In this document: piece after piece, positions 8,586 to 18,909 of the stretch
Layout of the letters: every line of letters begins with the position of its first letter
Position numbering within the stretch: the first letter of the stretch is position 1
Source of the DNA: Deltaproteobacteria bacterium CG11_big_fil_rev_8_21_14_0_20_47_16
GTDB taxonomy: Bacteria > UBA10199 > GCA-002796325 > 1-14-0-20-47-16
Length of the DNA stretch: 64,000 nt
Assembly (NCBI GenBank): GCA_002796325.1
Contig: PCXA01000001.1
Location: 260,838 to 324,837, forward strand
Direction of reading: 5' to 3'
Notes under the pieces: model-generated
Seen by the model: the letters and a program-made list of their open reading frames with translations, nothing else
What the model was told of the DNA's origin: nothing
The model's database searches: none
Translations under genes and position numbers: made by a program

Positions 8586-9470
8586 CTATGGAAAAATGAC
8601 GTTATCGATCAATCGAGTGGTGCCAATCCATGCCGCAATGGCCAGGACTGATGGGGCCTGCCACGTGTGAAGGGGGGTGAGTGTCTTGGCATCGCAGAGT
8701 GTGACATAGTCAATACGATCAGTAGCGCTTTGCACACATTCCATGGCGGCTTGGGTAATGCGTAGTGGATTGGTACACCCATTTGTAATTAATCTTTGGG
8801 CAGTCTGAATCGCCTGATATAGGCACAGTGCGCGTTTTCGGTCAGTTATCGATAAATAGGTATTGCGAGAACTCATTGCCAGGCCATCAGCTTCGCGAAC
8901 AATGGGACATCCTTTGATTTCCACAGGAACGTGAAGGTCGTCCACCATTCGGTGAATCACTTGCAGTTGTTGATAGTCCTTTTCACCAAAATAGGCGGTA
9001 TGGGGTTGGACCATATCAAAAAGTTTGGCCACAACAGTGGCCACACCCTGAAAATGTCCCGGCCGAAATTGTCCGCAGAGTTGATGGAGTAGGTCATGGC
9101 TGCCATTTGTATGGAGTGCGTTAATCCAAGTATGCACACGGTCTTCGATGGGGTTGGGTTTGTCAGATGTTGGATACATTCCCTCTGCATCAGGATGAAA
9201 GACAATATCGACGCCACACGTTTTGGCCCTGTCTAAGTCACCTTCCCAATTTTTGGGATAGCGATCAAAGTCTTCGTTGGGACCAAATTGCGTGGGATTT
9301 ACAAATATGCTGAGTACAAGTTGATCGCAATGCTGGCGAGCAGTCTTGAGGAGGCTGCAGTGACCTTCGTGCAAATATCCCATGGTGGGGACAAAGCCGA
9401 TGCGTTGATTTTGATTGCGAGCTGCTATTGCCCAGGATTGAATGTCATTTGGTGTTGTGATGATCTGCAT
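8586..9470 (-). CDS. panC: pantoate--beta-alanine ligase
   Basis: IGFVPTMGYLHEGH motif. Start taken at MQIITTP. Confidence 0.9.
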   Translation of the reverse strand: MQIITTPNDIQSWAIAARNQNQRIGFVPTMGYLHEGHCSLLKTARQHCDQLVLSIFVNPTQFGPNEDFDRYPKNWEGDLDRAKTCGVDIVFHPDAEGMYPTSDKPNPIEDRVHTWINALHTNGSHDLLHQLCGQFRPGHFQGVATVVAKLFDMVQPHTAYFGEKDYQQLQVIHRMVDDLHVPVEIKGCPIVREADGLAMSSRNTYLSITDRKRALCLYQAIQTAQRLITNGCTNPLRITQAAMECVQSATDRIDYVTLCDAKTLTPLHTWQAPSVLAIAAWIGTTRLIDNVIFP

Positions 9471-10305
9471 GGGATGAAGACTTTTCTTGGTGCACGGCAT
9501 TGGCATCGGTTGGGAAGTTTCCCATTTGAACATCAGCGATAAATTGTTGAGCAGCTTGAGTGATTATTCCGGCACCATCCACATATTTCTTGGCAAAGCG
9601 TGGATTCCAATCAGCCTGCATGCCTAAAATATCGTAACCCACGAGCACTTGTCCATTGCAATGGGGGCCAGAGCCAATACCAATGGTGGGAATTGAAACG
9701 GCATTGGTAATGTTGGCAGCTACCTCAAGGGCCACACCTTCTAAAAGCAATGCGTATGCGCCTGCAGTGGCCATGGTCATGGCGGTTTCCATGAGCTCTT
9801 CTTCGGCACTCACGGTTTTGCCTTGAATTTTATATCCACCCATTTGATGCACGCGTTGGGGACGTAGTCCAATGTGTGCCATCACTGGAATGCCCGCACG
9901 GACAAGGGCTGCAACAGTTGCGTCGTCTTCCAAACCCACTTCTAATTTTACAGATTCTGCCAGCCCTTCTTTGAGTAGGCGTGATGCATTAACAACAGCA
10001 TCGCGAATAGATGATTGATATGATCCAAATGGCATGTCTGCAATTAAGTGGGCACGTTCGGTGCCGCGGGCAACGCAACGGGTGTGGTAAATGATTTCAT
10101 CTAATGTAACTGGAATCGTATTGGCACGTCCTTGCACAACCATGCCCAAAGAATCACCCACTAAAATTGTATCCACCCCCGCTTGATCAAAGAGCTGCGC
10201 AAATGTAGCGTCATAGGCCGTGAGCATGCTGATCTTGCGGCCATCGCGTTTGGCACGTTGCAATTGTGGAATGGTGATTTTGCTGATTTCTCGATGAACG
10301 GACAT
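9445..10305 (-). CDS. panB: 3-methyl-2-oxobutanoate hydroxymethyltransferase
   Basis: MLTAYD...VGDSLGMV motifs. Confidence 0.9.
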   Translation of the reverse strand: MSVHREISKITIPQLQRAKRDGRKISMLTAYDATFAQLFDQAGVDTILVGDSLGMVVQGRANTIPVTLDEIIYHTRCVARGTERAHLIADMPFGSYQSSIRDAVVNASRLLKEGLAESVKLEVGLEDDATVAALVRAGIPVMAHIGLRPQRVHQMGGYKIQGKTVSAEEELMETAMTMATAGAYALLLEGVALEVAANITNAVSIPTIGIGSGPHCNGQVLVGYDILGMQADWNPRFAKKYVDGAGIITQAAQQFIADVQMGNFPTDANAVHQEKSSSHADHHNTK

Positions 10306-10306
10306 G

Positions 10307-10960
10307 TTAACCTCGGCTGACGTAGTGGTAGTGCGCAGTACCTTGCTTGTGTTCTAGAATGGCGCGCTTTAGATCTTCCCAGTCTTGTGCGTTTTTCACG
10401 TAATCCAAGTCACTAGAATTGACGACGAGTAATGGTGTTTCGTTGTAGTTAAAGAAATAATTGTTATAGGCTTCAGTGAGCATCTCTAAATAATCTTCGG
10501 TAATACCCTTTTCATAGGTTGCACCCCGCATCTTGATACGTTCGGTTAAGACTTTAGGATTGGCCTGCATATAAATGACGAAATCAGGCTTGGGCAGGCG
10601 TGCACTCAAGAGGGTGTAGATCATTTCATAGAGCTTCATTTCATCAGGGTTCAGATTGATTTGCGCAAAAATCAGATCCTTGGCGAATGTGTAATCGCAG
10701 AGGGTAATGTTGGAGAATAGATCTTGCTGAGCCAACTCAACTTGTTGCTGATAGCGGTTTAATAGGAAAAATAACTGGGTTTTGAAGGCATTTCGGGTTC
10801 GATCTTTGTAAAAATCACCCAAAAATGGGTTCTTTTCGGCTGGTTCGAAGATGGGTTGCCCCCCTAAATCTTCGGCCAGCATCTTGACCAGTGTCGTCTT
10901 ACCGGCACCAATAGGGCCATCGACAGCGATGTATCGGTGGTGGAGTTCAAGATCGGACAT
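10307..10960 (-). CDS. deoxynucleoside kinase (dAK/dGK family)
   Basis: P-loop VDGPIGAGKTTL and the dNK fold pattern. Confidence 0.85.
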   Translation of the reverse strand: MSDLELHHRYIAVDGPIGAGKTTLVKMLAEDLGGQPIFEPAEKNPFLGDFYKDRTRNAFKTQLFFLLNRYQQQVELAQQDLFSNITLCDYTFAKDLIFAQINLNPDEMKLYEMIYTLLSARLPKPDFVIYMQANPKVLTERIKMRGATYEKGITEDYLEMLTEAYNNYFFNYNETPLLVVNSSDLDYVKNAQDWEDLKRAILEHKQGTAHYHYVSRG

Positions 10961-10997
10961 GGCCGTATATAGCCACAGGGCCCAAAACTTGTCCAGC

Positions 10998-13826
10998 TTA
11001 AGAAGGGGTTACGAGTAGGCCATCAGGCAGTGTGAGAATGACGGTAGTGCCGTGGCCGGGTGTGCTATTAATGGTCCAGGTAATACCCAAGCTTGTTAGG
11101 TTTTGACGGATACTGGCCCAGCCGCGTCCCCTTGTTGTGGACGTGTCACTTTCCTCAATACGTTCGTCTTCACTGACACGTTGACCGGACCGAATGGCAT
11201 TAAGGGTGCTGCTCGGCATTCCAGCACCATCATCTTGGATGGTGATAATGTCACCTTGAATAGTAACATTAATGGTGCTCAGAGATTTGCCCGCAGTGGG
11301 ATGCATGGCAGCATTGCGTGCCAGGTTTTCAAAGACGGTGGCAAGGCGTTTTGCTTTTGCATGGTTTGTAATGGTGTAGTGGCCATTAAAATGGATGATC
11401 GCGCGGCCTTTAAGTTTTGAATGAAGCATTCTTAGGACACCATTTGAATGAGATAGGTTGGTATTTAATGTGTCGCGAACAGAAGCAACATCGTTACGTG
11501 CAAGGTCAAATGGCAGTGTAAATGTAAATGTCGTTAAGTCATGATTCAAGTCATGAATGAGATAGAAGTTGTTGGGATCGTTCTGTCTATATCGAATTGA
11601 CATGCTAGCTGTCGCCCAAGCATTGAATGTAGTAGATTTATCCTCAAGCCATAGTGCTACGACTGCGGGGTCTTCACCTGCATCAAGTTGTTGTAAAATT
11701 TCAGAACGCACACTCTCAAGTAGTTGAGATAGTGCGTTGTAGAATAGCTCTACGTCATTTCTATCAACAATCCGCTTGATGGTTTTGATGTGTTCGTCAG
11801 GTGTGAGTGTTGCCCAGTATTGGGCAAACAGCCCCTGTTCAATGATGCTTCGAAGTTGAGCTGCATTGATGGGTTTGTGTTTGTCTTCATGAAGTCTTGC
11901 GAGTGCTGTTGGCTGGCCATCATCTATCGCAGTCAGAACACCTGGAACGCGTACTGCCATATCTGGACTGTGAAGTTGTTGCCATAGGGTAAAGAGGCGT
12001 TGTCCATAAACGCTCGGATTACGTGGCGCCACTATAAATTGCCTACGAGTATGATAGCCCTCATTGGATAATGCCGCTGTAATAATGACGTAAACACGAC
12101 GATATAGTCGTGATGTCCATAGGGTTCTTATGGCTCTCGTGATGATGGTTGCAATATAGTGATCGGTCATTTCAAGTGTTACATGTCGGAGCGCATCTAA
12201 AAGTAGTTTAGTTGCCTTTTGGATGTTGTCTCCAGTTGGGCTTGAAAAAGCGGCAAGGTTTTCAATGGCCTCAATGGCAGCAATTTGAAGTGGAATATTG
12301 TCACGCTTAATTGCATCTTCAAATTGCACCAAAATGACATTAAGATGGCGCTCCGCGCGGCTGCCGATTCGTGACAGAGTATTTATGATAGCAACTTTGG
12401 CAACTAACGGTGTTTCTGGTTTGCTAAGTGCTTTGGCAAGTTGATCAATGTCTGAACCGTTGCTTTGATGAACGAGTGCAGATCTTGCAGAATCTCTAAT
12501 AGATTCATTTTGATCTGCAAGGTGGCGTTGTGTTGCTAGCATAAGATTATTTCGTAAATGAGAGTTTCTAATGCGGGGAATTATTGCCATCATACGTAGT
12601 GTGTTGATTACTACAGCCGGATTTGAATCTGTTAATCCACTCAGTAAGGTGGCTGTAAGTGATGGGCTATAACTAATGCGAGTATTGAAAATATATGCAT
12701 GGAGCAGGATTGCTGCTTGTGCCGTATTGCCAAGTACTGCTTCGCGAATGGCCATGCGCGCAATAAGGCTGCGGGCTGCATCTCGGACAGCCGGCTTTTG
12801 ACGAGATGATGCATTGGTTATTGTGAGTAGTAAATCGAGAATTCGGCCCGTCTCAGGGTGAGCAGCAATGCGAACTGCAGCAAGTAGTCGAACATCGTTG
12901 GAACCGTTTGATAGCGCCCAAATTAGTGTGGGAACAATGTCTTCACCGTCTTTGCCGCGTGCGCTTAATTCTTTCATTGCGCTTAGATGGGCACGTGTGC
13001 TGCGGCCTGAAAGCTTTTCTTTGATGTGTGCAAATGGATCTGGTGTGTCGTCATCATCACGTGCGCGAGATGCCGAGGTCCTGCTCCCTTTACTTGTTGT
13101 CTTGCCATTGCCATCAGCTGCGTTGGCACGGATTTCCAAACGACGTGTGCGCTCATAACGAAGCAGTTCACTTGCATCTTCAGCGCGTTCGCGAATGGAA
13201 ATTTCTCCATTCTTTTGCACATCCAATAGGCGTATATATCCAGTGCGTTGATGATCGCTCAGGGGGATATGAATTACACGGCCATCTTTGTCGCGGAGTT
13301 CAAGTATAGGATCTTCTTCAAATAGTGATCGTGGCTGAAAGCTTGCTTGTTTATTATAGATCCATTCATGAAGTGTGAGCTCTGTATCACTTAAATGACC
13401 AAAACGACTTTTTGCTTCCTTACGCATGGCATCTGGATTGGCTTGCGTGTCCGGTGACAACGCACGACCGGGCAACCATTCCACAATGCGGGGAGCTATT
13501 TTAATTTCCACATCTAGATCACGCTGCACTTCGTACATCATGATTGCAATACCCACCCATGGCAGACGTCGCATCAAAAGTGTGGCCCACGGTGAAGCGC
13601 TCGGTGTGCTTATTGGTAATGCTGGTGATTGCGGTTCTGTAGTAGGTGCGGGGAGACGCGGTTGTCGCATGGGGGATGCAGGTCTCTCAACGTACATGGC
13701 GCGTGGATTGGATCGAGGTGCGCGCGCAACACCTTGCGTGCTTCTGACTTTGACGTTGTCGTTGGCAGGGGCTATGTCCCAGGTTGTAGTTGGTGGTGCC
13801 GATGATTTATGGATTGGGTTTGTCAT
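10998..13826 (-). CDS. HEAT-repeat sensor histidine kinase
   Basis: Pro-rich disordered N-terminus, many HEAT/PBS-lyase-like repeats, an H-box-like LIHDLNHDL, and a C-terminal HATPase_c domain (IQDDGAGMP...GLGWA-like). Confidence 0.7.
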   Translation of the reverse strand: MTNPIHKSSAPPTTTWDIAPANDNVKVRSTQGVARAPRSNPRAMYVERPASPMRQPRLPAPTTEPQSPALPISTPSASPWATLLMRRLPWVGIAIMMYEVQRDLDVEIKIAPRIVEWLPGRALSPDTQANPDAMRKEAKSRFGHLSDTELTLHEWIYNKQASFQPRSLFEEDPILELRDKDGRVIHIPLSDHQRTGYIRLLDVQKNGEISIRERAEDASELLRYERTRRLEIRANAADGNGKTTSKGSRTSASRARDDDDTPDPFAHIKEKLSGRSTRAHLSAMKELSARGKDGEDIVPTLIWALSNGSNDVRLLAAVRIAAHPETGRILDLLLTITNASSRQKPAVRDAARSLIARMAIREAVLGNTAQAAILLHAYIFNTRISYSPSLTATLLSGLTDSNPAVVINTLRMMAIIPRIRNSHLRNNLMLATQRHLADQNESIRDSARSALVHQSNGSDIDQLAKALSKPETPLVAKVAIINTLSRIGSRAERHLNVILVQFEDAIKRDNIPLQIAAIEAIENLAAFSSPTGDNIQKATKLLLDALRHVTLEMTDHYIATIITRAIRTLWTSRLYRRVYVIITAALSNEGYHTRRQFIVAPRNPSVYGQRLFTLWQQLHSPDMAVRVPGVLTAIDDGQPTALARLHEDKHKPINAAQLRSIIEQGLFAQYWATLTPDEHIKTIKRIVDRNDVELFYNALSQLLESVRSEILQQLDAGEDPAVVALWLEDKSTTFNAWATASMSIRYRQNDPNNFYLIHDLNHDLTTFTFTLPFDLARNDVASVRDTLNTNLSHSNGVLRMLHSKLKGRAIIHFNGHYTITNHAKAKRLATVFENLARNAAMHPTAGKSLSTINVTIQGDIITIQDDGAGMPSSTLNAIRSGQRVSEDERIEESDTSTTRGRGWASIRQNLTSLGITWTINSTPGHGTTVILTLPDGLLVTPS

Positions 13827-13922
13827 ATCTGTGATGAAGGTATCGGTAGGTATTGAAATAAGTTGTGTATAATATTGTGACGACTGTGTGACAAGAATTG
13901 GTGCGCTGAAGTGGGAGTGTTG

Positions 13923-14738
13923 TTAGGAGGACTGCCTCAATTGTTGTCCGAGCGCAACCCAGTCGGCAAGGCTCAAGTTTTCGGGCCTCAACTTTGGGCT
14001 AATGGATAATAGTGTAAATACATTATCCACTGATTCAGCGGATGCGCCAACTCCTGACAGTGCATTCCTCAGTGTTTTTCGGCGCTGTTGAAAGGCCTTG
14101 CGTACAATTTTCATGGTTGGTGCATACACATCGGCAGGAAATGGTGTGGTCAGGCAGTCTAAAAATAATACGGCCGAATCCACTTTAGGTGGTGGCGTGA
14201 ATGATTTTCGGCCAACTGTAAAAAGGAGTTTGGGGGTGGTTGCTAATTGTACAGCAATCGACAGTACACCATAGGCCTTGTTATTATGCTTTGCTGCGAC
14301 ACGTTCAGCGACTTCCTTTTGCACCATAAACATGCCACACTCACAATGTTCACGTTGATCAATGAATCGAAAAAGTATTTCAGTTGAAATGTTGTAAGGA
14401 ATGTTACCCACTACTTGCCAGGGTTTATTACCAGTTAAAATTCTTGCCCAATCTTCTCGTAAGATATCGTTTTTAATGAGTGTGAGCTGACCGTCTGCAA
14501 GCTGGCTTTTGAAGCGGTTTTGCAGGTATGTAACCATATCTCGATCAGTTTCAATAGCAACGACCACGCAGCCATGGTTGAGCAAGGTCTGTGTGAGTTC
14601 GCCCGGGCCAGGGCCAATTTCCAAAACAGGCAAGTCGGCAGTAATTTTCCCCATGCGGATCATTTTTTCCAAAATGTTTTTATCGAAAAGAAAGTTTTGA
14701 CCGAGCGACTTTTTTGGCCGTGGGATGGATAGGCTCAT
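13923..14738 (-). CDS. rsmA: 16S rRNA (adenine1518/1519-N6)-dimethyltransferase
   Basis: LGQNFL motif and VLEIGPGPGELT SAM motif. Confidence 0.9.
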   Translation of the reverse strand: MSLSIPRPKKSLGQNFLFDKNILEKMIRMGKITADLPVLEIGPGPGELTQTLLNHGCVVVAIETDRDMVTYLQNRFKSQLADGQLTLIKNDILREDWARILTGNKPWQVVGNIPYNISTEILFRFIDQREHCECGMFMVQKEVAERVAAKHNNKAYGVLSIAVQLATTPKLLFTVGRKSFTPPPKVDSAVLFLDCLTTPFPADVYAPTMKIVRKAFQQRRKTLRNALSGVGASAESVDNVFTLLSISPKLRPENLSLADWVALGQQLRQSS

Positions 14739-15772
14739 GTGAGAATTCCGACAGCACCACTTGCAGTTGCATTTAAATCCCAATTACTTGTAACGCCACG
14801 TGCCAAGTATTGAGATCCAACATATGCAATCATTGCAGCGTTATCGACACAGAGTTTCATGGACGGAAAGTATGTCCGCACATTGTGTTGTATTCCCCAG
14901 TCCGTCATGGCTTTGCGTAGTGCGCTATTGGCGGCCACACCACCTGATACCACAACCGCTGGCAAGTTGTGGTCTGTAACGATTTGTGAAACAGAGCGCA
15001 TTAAAATTTCTACGGCGGTGTATTGAAAACTTGCTACCAAGTCGTTGATGGTATCAGCAGAGAGTGGCTGATCCGTTATGTCGTTTTGCTTTACCCATAA
15101 TGCAACGGCTGTTTTGAGTCCGCTAAAGCTGACATCATATTTTCCAATGCCAAATTTGCTACTCTCACTCATTTTGGGGAGTGAAAATCGAATGGCCTTT
15201 GGATTGCCAAGTGCGGCACGTTTGTCGACAATGGGACCACCAGGGTAGCCCAAATTTAAAAGCTTTGCGACTTTATCAAAGGCCTCCCCAGCCGCATCAT
15301 CACGTGTGGCGCCGAGTAATTGATAATCAGCAAAGCCTTTCACAATATAAAACTCAGTATGCCCTCCAGAAACAACCACACCCAAATGAGGGTAGGGTAC
15401 ATCATCGTGCTCCAAATGAACGGCGTTCAAGTGCCCTTCGATATGGTTGACACCAATGAATGGAAGATTGCGTCCCATCGCAAGCGATTTGGCAAAAGAG
15501 AGTCCAACAAGCAGTGCCCCAATCAATCCCGGTTTGCAGGTGGCGGCGATTCCAGTAACATCATCCAATGTAATGCCCGCTTCTACAAGTGCATCTTGAT
15601 AAAGCGGAACGATCACTTCCATGTGACGTCGCGCTGCAAGTTCGGGAACAACGCCACCAAAGGGGATGTGAATTTCATGTTGGGATGCCACAAGGCTGGC
15701 ACGCAATTGACGAGGTGGTGCCAATATAGCCACAGCGGTTTCGTCACACGACGATTCGAATGCAAGTATCAT
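14735..15772 (-). CDS. tsaD: tRNA N6-adenosine threonylcarbamoyltransferase
   Basis: MILAFESSCDETAVA...HIEGH motifs. Confidence 0.9.
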   Translation of the reverse strand: MILAFESSCDETAVAILAPPRQLRASLVASQHEIHIPFGGVVPELAARRHMEVIVPLYQDALVEAGITLDDVTGIAATCKPGLIGALLVGLSFAKSLAMGRNLPFIGVNHIEGHLNAVHLEHDDVPYPHLGVVVSGGHTEFYIVKGFADYQLLGATRDDAAGEAFDKVAKLLNLGYPGGPIVDKRAALGNPKAIRFSLPKMSESSKFGIGKYDVSFSGLKTAVALWVKQNDITDQPLSADTINDLVASFQYTAVEILMRSVSQIVTDHNLPAVVVSGGVAANSALRKAMTDWGIQHNVRTYFPSMKLCVDNAAMIAYVGSQYLARGVTSNWDLNATASGAVGILT

Positions 15773-16677
15773 TAGTATTTATCAGCAGAAGATGCCTTGC
15801 TCTGATTGAGTGGTTCGGGAGCACGACTAGCAGACGGTTTTTTAACACCTGGTGCAAGTGGGATATCATCCTTACTTGGAATTGGTTTCTTTTCAACAGA
15901 GGGTGGTGTTTTGCGGGTAAGATAGCGCAGTCGGTCCTGTGCCTTGTGGGCTTCAGGTGTGTTGGGATGATCCTTAACCAACTTCTCTAAAAAAAGTGTG
16001 GCTTCGCTGGTCATGCCAAGGTCAGCGAATGCCAAACCTTGTTTCAGTTTGGCACTTGGGATCTTGTCAAGACGAGGGTACTTGGTGATAACCGTTTGAT
16101 ATTCTTTGATGGCGCGCTGGTAATCCCGCTGGGCGTAGTAACATTCGGCCAGCCAATATTGGGAGTTACCAGCGAAGGTGCCGTTGGGATACTTTTGAAG
16201 GAGCTCCTTAAAAACCGTTGCACCTCGATTATAATCTGCATCACGAACAAATGTCAGACCGCGCTGATATAGAGCACCTTCTCCTTCGAGTTGTGCTGTT
16301 GGTGCGCCCGGCACAACGGGTGGTATAAGTGCAGTGCCACCACCTTGCTTATGCAGGATTTGTAGTTGCTCCTCTATGGTGCGTAGTCTTGAATCGGTGT
16401 CTTGCTGATATCGATCTAATGATTCCTGTAGGGTTTGAAGTTTGAACTGTAGTGAATCAAATGAACCCTGGAGCGTTTGAAATTCATGTCGCACTTTGTC
16501 GACATTGGCTGCGCCTTCTGCAGTCTGAATACCTTTTTCCATGCCTGCTTGCTGCATAGAACGTAAGGACTGCTGTAAGGCAGATACCTGCTGTTTAAGG
16601 CTGCTAATATCGTCCGCCTTGGCGGTTGGGGCCGCCAAGATTACGAAACAAGCTGCAAGTACAATGAGGGGTTTCAT
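15772..16677 (-). CDS. ybgF: Tol-Pal system protein YbgF/CpoB (coiled coil + TPR)
   Basis: Signal peptide, Q-rich coiled coil, C-terminal TPR repeats, and position adjacent to pal. Confidence 0.75.
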   Translation of the reverse strand: MKPLIVLAACFVILAAPTAKADDISSLKQQVSALQQSLRSMQQAGMEKGIQTAEGAANVDKVRHEFQTLQGSFDSLQFKLQTLQESLDRYQQDTDSRLRTIEEQLQILHKQGGGTALIPPVVPGAPTAQLEGEGALYQRGLTFVRDADYNRGATVFKELLQKYPNGTFAGNSQYWLAECYYAQRDYQRAIKEYQTVITKYPRLDKIPSAKLKQGLAFADLGMTSEATLFLEKLVKDHPNTPEAHKAQDRLRYLTRKTPPSVEKKPIPSKDDIPLAPGVKKPSASRAPEPLNQSKASSADKY

Positions 16678-16699
16678 GTCATACCTCCTGAAAGCAAAA

Positions 16700-16735
16700 G
16701 ACCCACCCCGTTTTACGAGGTGGGCCTTGATTTTG
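16700..16735 (-). terminator. stem-loop between pal and ybgF (attenuator or terminator)
   Basis: cccacc...ggtggg inverted repeat followed by a U-run on the minus strand. Confidence 0.4.
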
Positions 16736-16753
16736 CCAGAACTTTATCCAGAA

Positions 16754-17179
16754 TTACTTGTTTTTGAAATCATCGCGACGGTTTTGCTGCCAGCAGCTTT
16801 CGTTGTGCTGGGTGCAGACTGGCTTTTCTTTGCCATAGCTAATGGTCGAGATGCGGTCACCGGAGATTCCGAGGTTGACCAGGTAGCTCTTGGCTGATTT
16901 GGCACGACGATCACCAAGGGCGATGTTGTATTCTGAGCTGCCGCGTTCATCGCAATTTCCTTCAATCACAATTTTCTGGTTGGCGTTCGATTGAAGAACA
17001 GAGGCATTGGTCTTCATTGTGCCTTGTTGATCTGCGCGAACGTCATACTTGTCGAAATCAAAGTAGACACTGGAGATCTTCTTTGGTGATGTGGTCTGTT
17101 GTTGTGCGCATGCGCTGATCGCTACGGCTACGATAGCCACGGCTGCAACGGCGACAATTCGTCCCATTGATGTTTTCAT
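16754..17179 (-). CDS. pal: peptidoglycan-associated lipoprotein Pal (OmpA family)
   Basis: Lipoprotein signal ending ...ISAC, and an OmpA C-like domain (NIALGDRRAKSAKSYL). Confidence 0.85.
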   Translation of the reverse strand: MKTSMGRIVAVAAVAIVAVAISACAQQQTTSPKKISSVYFDFDKYDVRADQQGTMKTNASVLQSNANQKIVIEGNCDERGSSEYNIALGDRRAKSAKSYLVNLGISGDRISTISYGKEKPVCTQHNESCWQQNRRDDFKNK

Positions 17180-17349
17180 TTTACTGCCTCCTTTTATTTA
17201 CTAAAGTTTAGACGAAAGAGGAAAAAACACTTCTGACTTCAGACATTTATCCCCCATCGTGTTTGGTAATAGTCGCGGAATTATTTTACAAAGTCAAGAT
17301 TTTCTTCAATGACGTTGTTTTTTTGGAATTGTCTTGTTATGAGGAAGAC

Positions 17350-17733
17350 ATGCCAATCGTTGTCGTTGAACCATTGCCGTTAGTAAGTAATATCTTTAAA
17401 CTCTTGTGCGGTCGCTATCAGCGGCAACCAGTAGTTGCCTGTCAGGATTTTGACGAGGTTGATTCGGAATGGCTGAAGAAAACTCAAAAAAAAATAATGT
17501 GTATCATTGGTGGTTCAGCACTTCGTGGAGATGGAAAACGGTTTTTGCCACTTATTAGTGATTCGGATCTCTGGCAAACAATACCAAAGTTGGTAGTTGT
17601 GCCCCATGATGCAACTGCCGAAGAGTTAGCAAACTGGCAGAGATTGCCAATGGCCAAACTTATGGTGCGCCCATTTGCGCCAGATGATTTTTATGCATTA
17701 GTGGATCCTATGGTAAAGGGGCTTAAATTATGA
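17350..17733 (+). CDS. atypical receiver (REC)-like domain protein
   Basis: IVVVEP...VRPFAPDDFYALV resembles a degenerate CheY-like receiver. ATGA overlap with the downstream PilZ gene. Confidence 0.4.
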   Translation: MPIVVVEPLPLVSNIFKLLCGRYQRQPVVACQDFDEVDSEWLKKTQKKIMCIIGGSALRGDGKRFLPLISDSDLWQTIPKLVVVPHDATAEELANWQRLPMAKLMVRPFAPDDFYALVDPMVKGLKL

Positions 17734-18110
17734 ATGAGGTTGTTGTGGAGCCCTCTACTACGGGTAAGAATGGTTCAGAAAAGCGTCTTAATCCACGTAA
17801 GGACTGGGTGGGTAAGGTTGTTTTTGAAGATGAGCGTGGCGAGCCTCTCATTTATGTCTATTCAGAAAATATCAGTATTTCAGGAATTTATTTAGCCAGC
17901 GATATTCCGATGCAGCTTGGAAGTCGTGCCTTTTTGTCATTTACGCTGCCCAGCGGTGCTGAAATTCGAACAATTGGCGAGGTGGTACGGGTGAAGCGCG
18001 AAGAACGCAGCTCGTCACGGCAAGATCCGCCACGGATGGGAATGGGTATTCGATTTTTGGACTTAACTTTGGATCAGCGGCAACGGGTTACTTCTTTTTG
18101 TGAGTCTTAG
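17730..18110 (+). CDS. PilZ domain protein
   Basis: RKDWVGKVVF...ENISISGIYL...GIRFLDL pattern, consistent with RxxxR / DxSxxG motifs. Confidence 0.7.
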   Translation: MNEVVVEPSTTGKNGSEKRLNPRKDWVGKVVFEDERGEPLIYVYSENISISGIYLASDIPMQLGSRAFLSFTLPSGAEIRTIGEVVRVKREERSSSRQDPPRMGMGIRFLDLTLDQRQRVTSFCES

Positions 18111-18654
18111 AACGCTTTTGCTTAAATCCCTTCAGATGCTTTTCAATATGTGTCAACTTGGACTGGAGTTGTTTAATTTCGGATTTAACGGTTGGAATGT
18201 TTTGCACATTCTTAACGGTGGGCTTAATTTTCACTTCCACAAAATTTCGTATAATGGAGAGAAGATTGTGGCGATCATTGGCTGACAATTGGCCACGCGC
18301 ACTGATGCGATCAACAAAGTCCGTGACATCGTCGCGCACATGGCTGAATTCGCGGACGCTGTTTTCAACGGACTTTTGTACAAAATCTCGCAAGGTTTCC
18401 CCACTGCTTTGAATAATACCGCGTAAGGTTGTAAGTAATGCAGGGCTCTTTCTCTTCTTCTCTTCCTCAAAAATAATCTGTGCTAACGTCATGCTGGTAA
18501 GATCTTCATGAGTATTGTTGTCAATGACTTGAATATCTTCACCGGTTTTAATCATCTGGCCAATATCATCGAGGGTGACGTAACAGCTCTCGAGCGTGTC
18601 GTAGAGTTTGCGGTTGGGATAACGTTTGATAACACGTGTTGATTTTGTCGTCAT
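18088..18654 (-). CDS. phaR: polyhydroxyalkanoate synthesis repressor PhaR
   Basis: IKRYPNRKLYDT...YVTLDDI N-terminal PHB_acc_N signature. Confidence 0.75.
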   Translation of the reverse strand: MTTKSTRVIKRYPNRKLYDTLESCYVTLDDIGQMIKTGEDIQVIDNNTHEDLTSMTLAQIIFEEEKKRKSPALLTTLRGIIQSSGETLRDFVQKSVENSVREFSHVRDDVTDFVDRISARGQLSANDRHNLLSIIRNFVEVKIKPTVKNVQNIPTVKSEIKQLQSKLTHIEKHLKGFKQKRSKTHKKK

Positions 18655-18909
18655 GGGTGCAACTCCTTTGCAAAATAATGGTCCGAAGATCATTGTTCTG
18701 CAGCAATGTTGCCGCAGTTATGACGCGCTAACGGAATAGACGCTTGATATGGTGCCATTCCCGTGTTCCAGCGGTAATGCCCACAATGACGCACATCAGG
18801 ATTGTTTCTGTCCAGCCCCATTGCGTCAAAAAGTCGTTAATCGTTGGCATATGCGCACCATAGTAGAGTTTGGTTGCATTAATGTCTAGGGATAGTTTGC
18901 GAAGAGGGT

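Noticed and set aside
18728-18850. 40-aa minus-strand ORF MPTINDFLTQWGWTETILMCVIVGITAGTREWHHIKRLFR with one TM segment, upstream of phaR
   Set aside because: Too short, with no RBS or conservation evidence available here. Possibly a real small membrane protein but unsupported.
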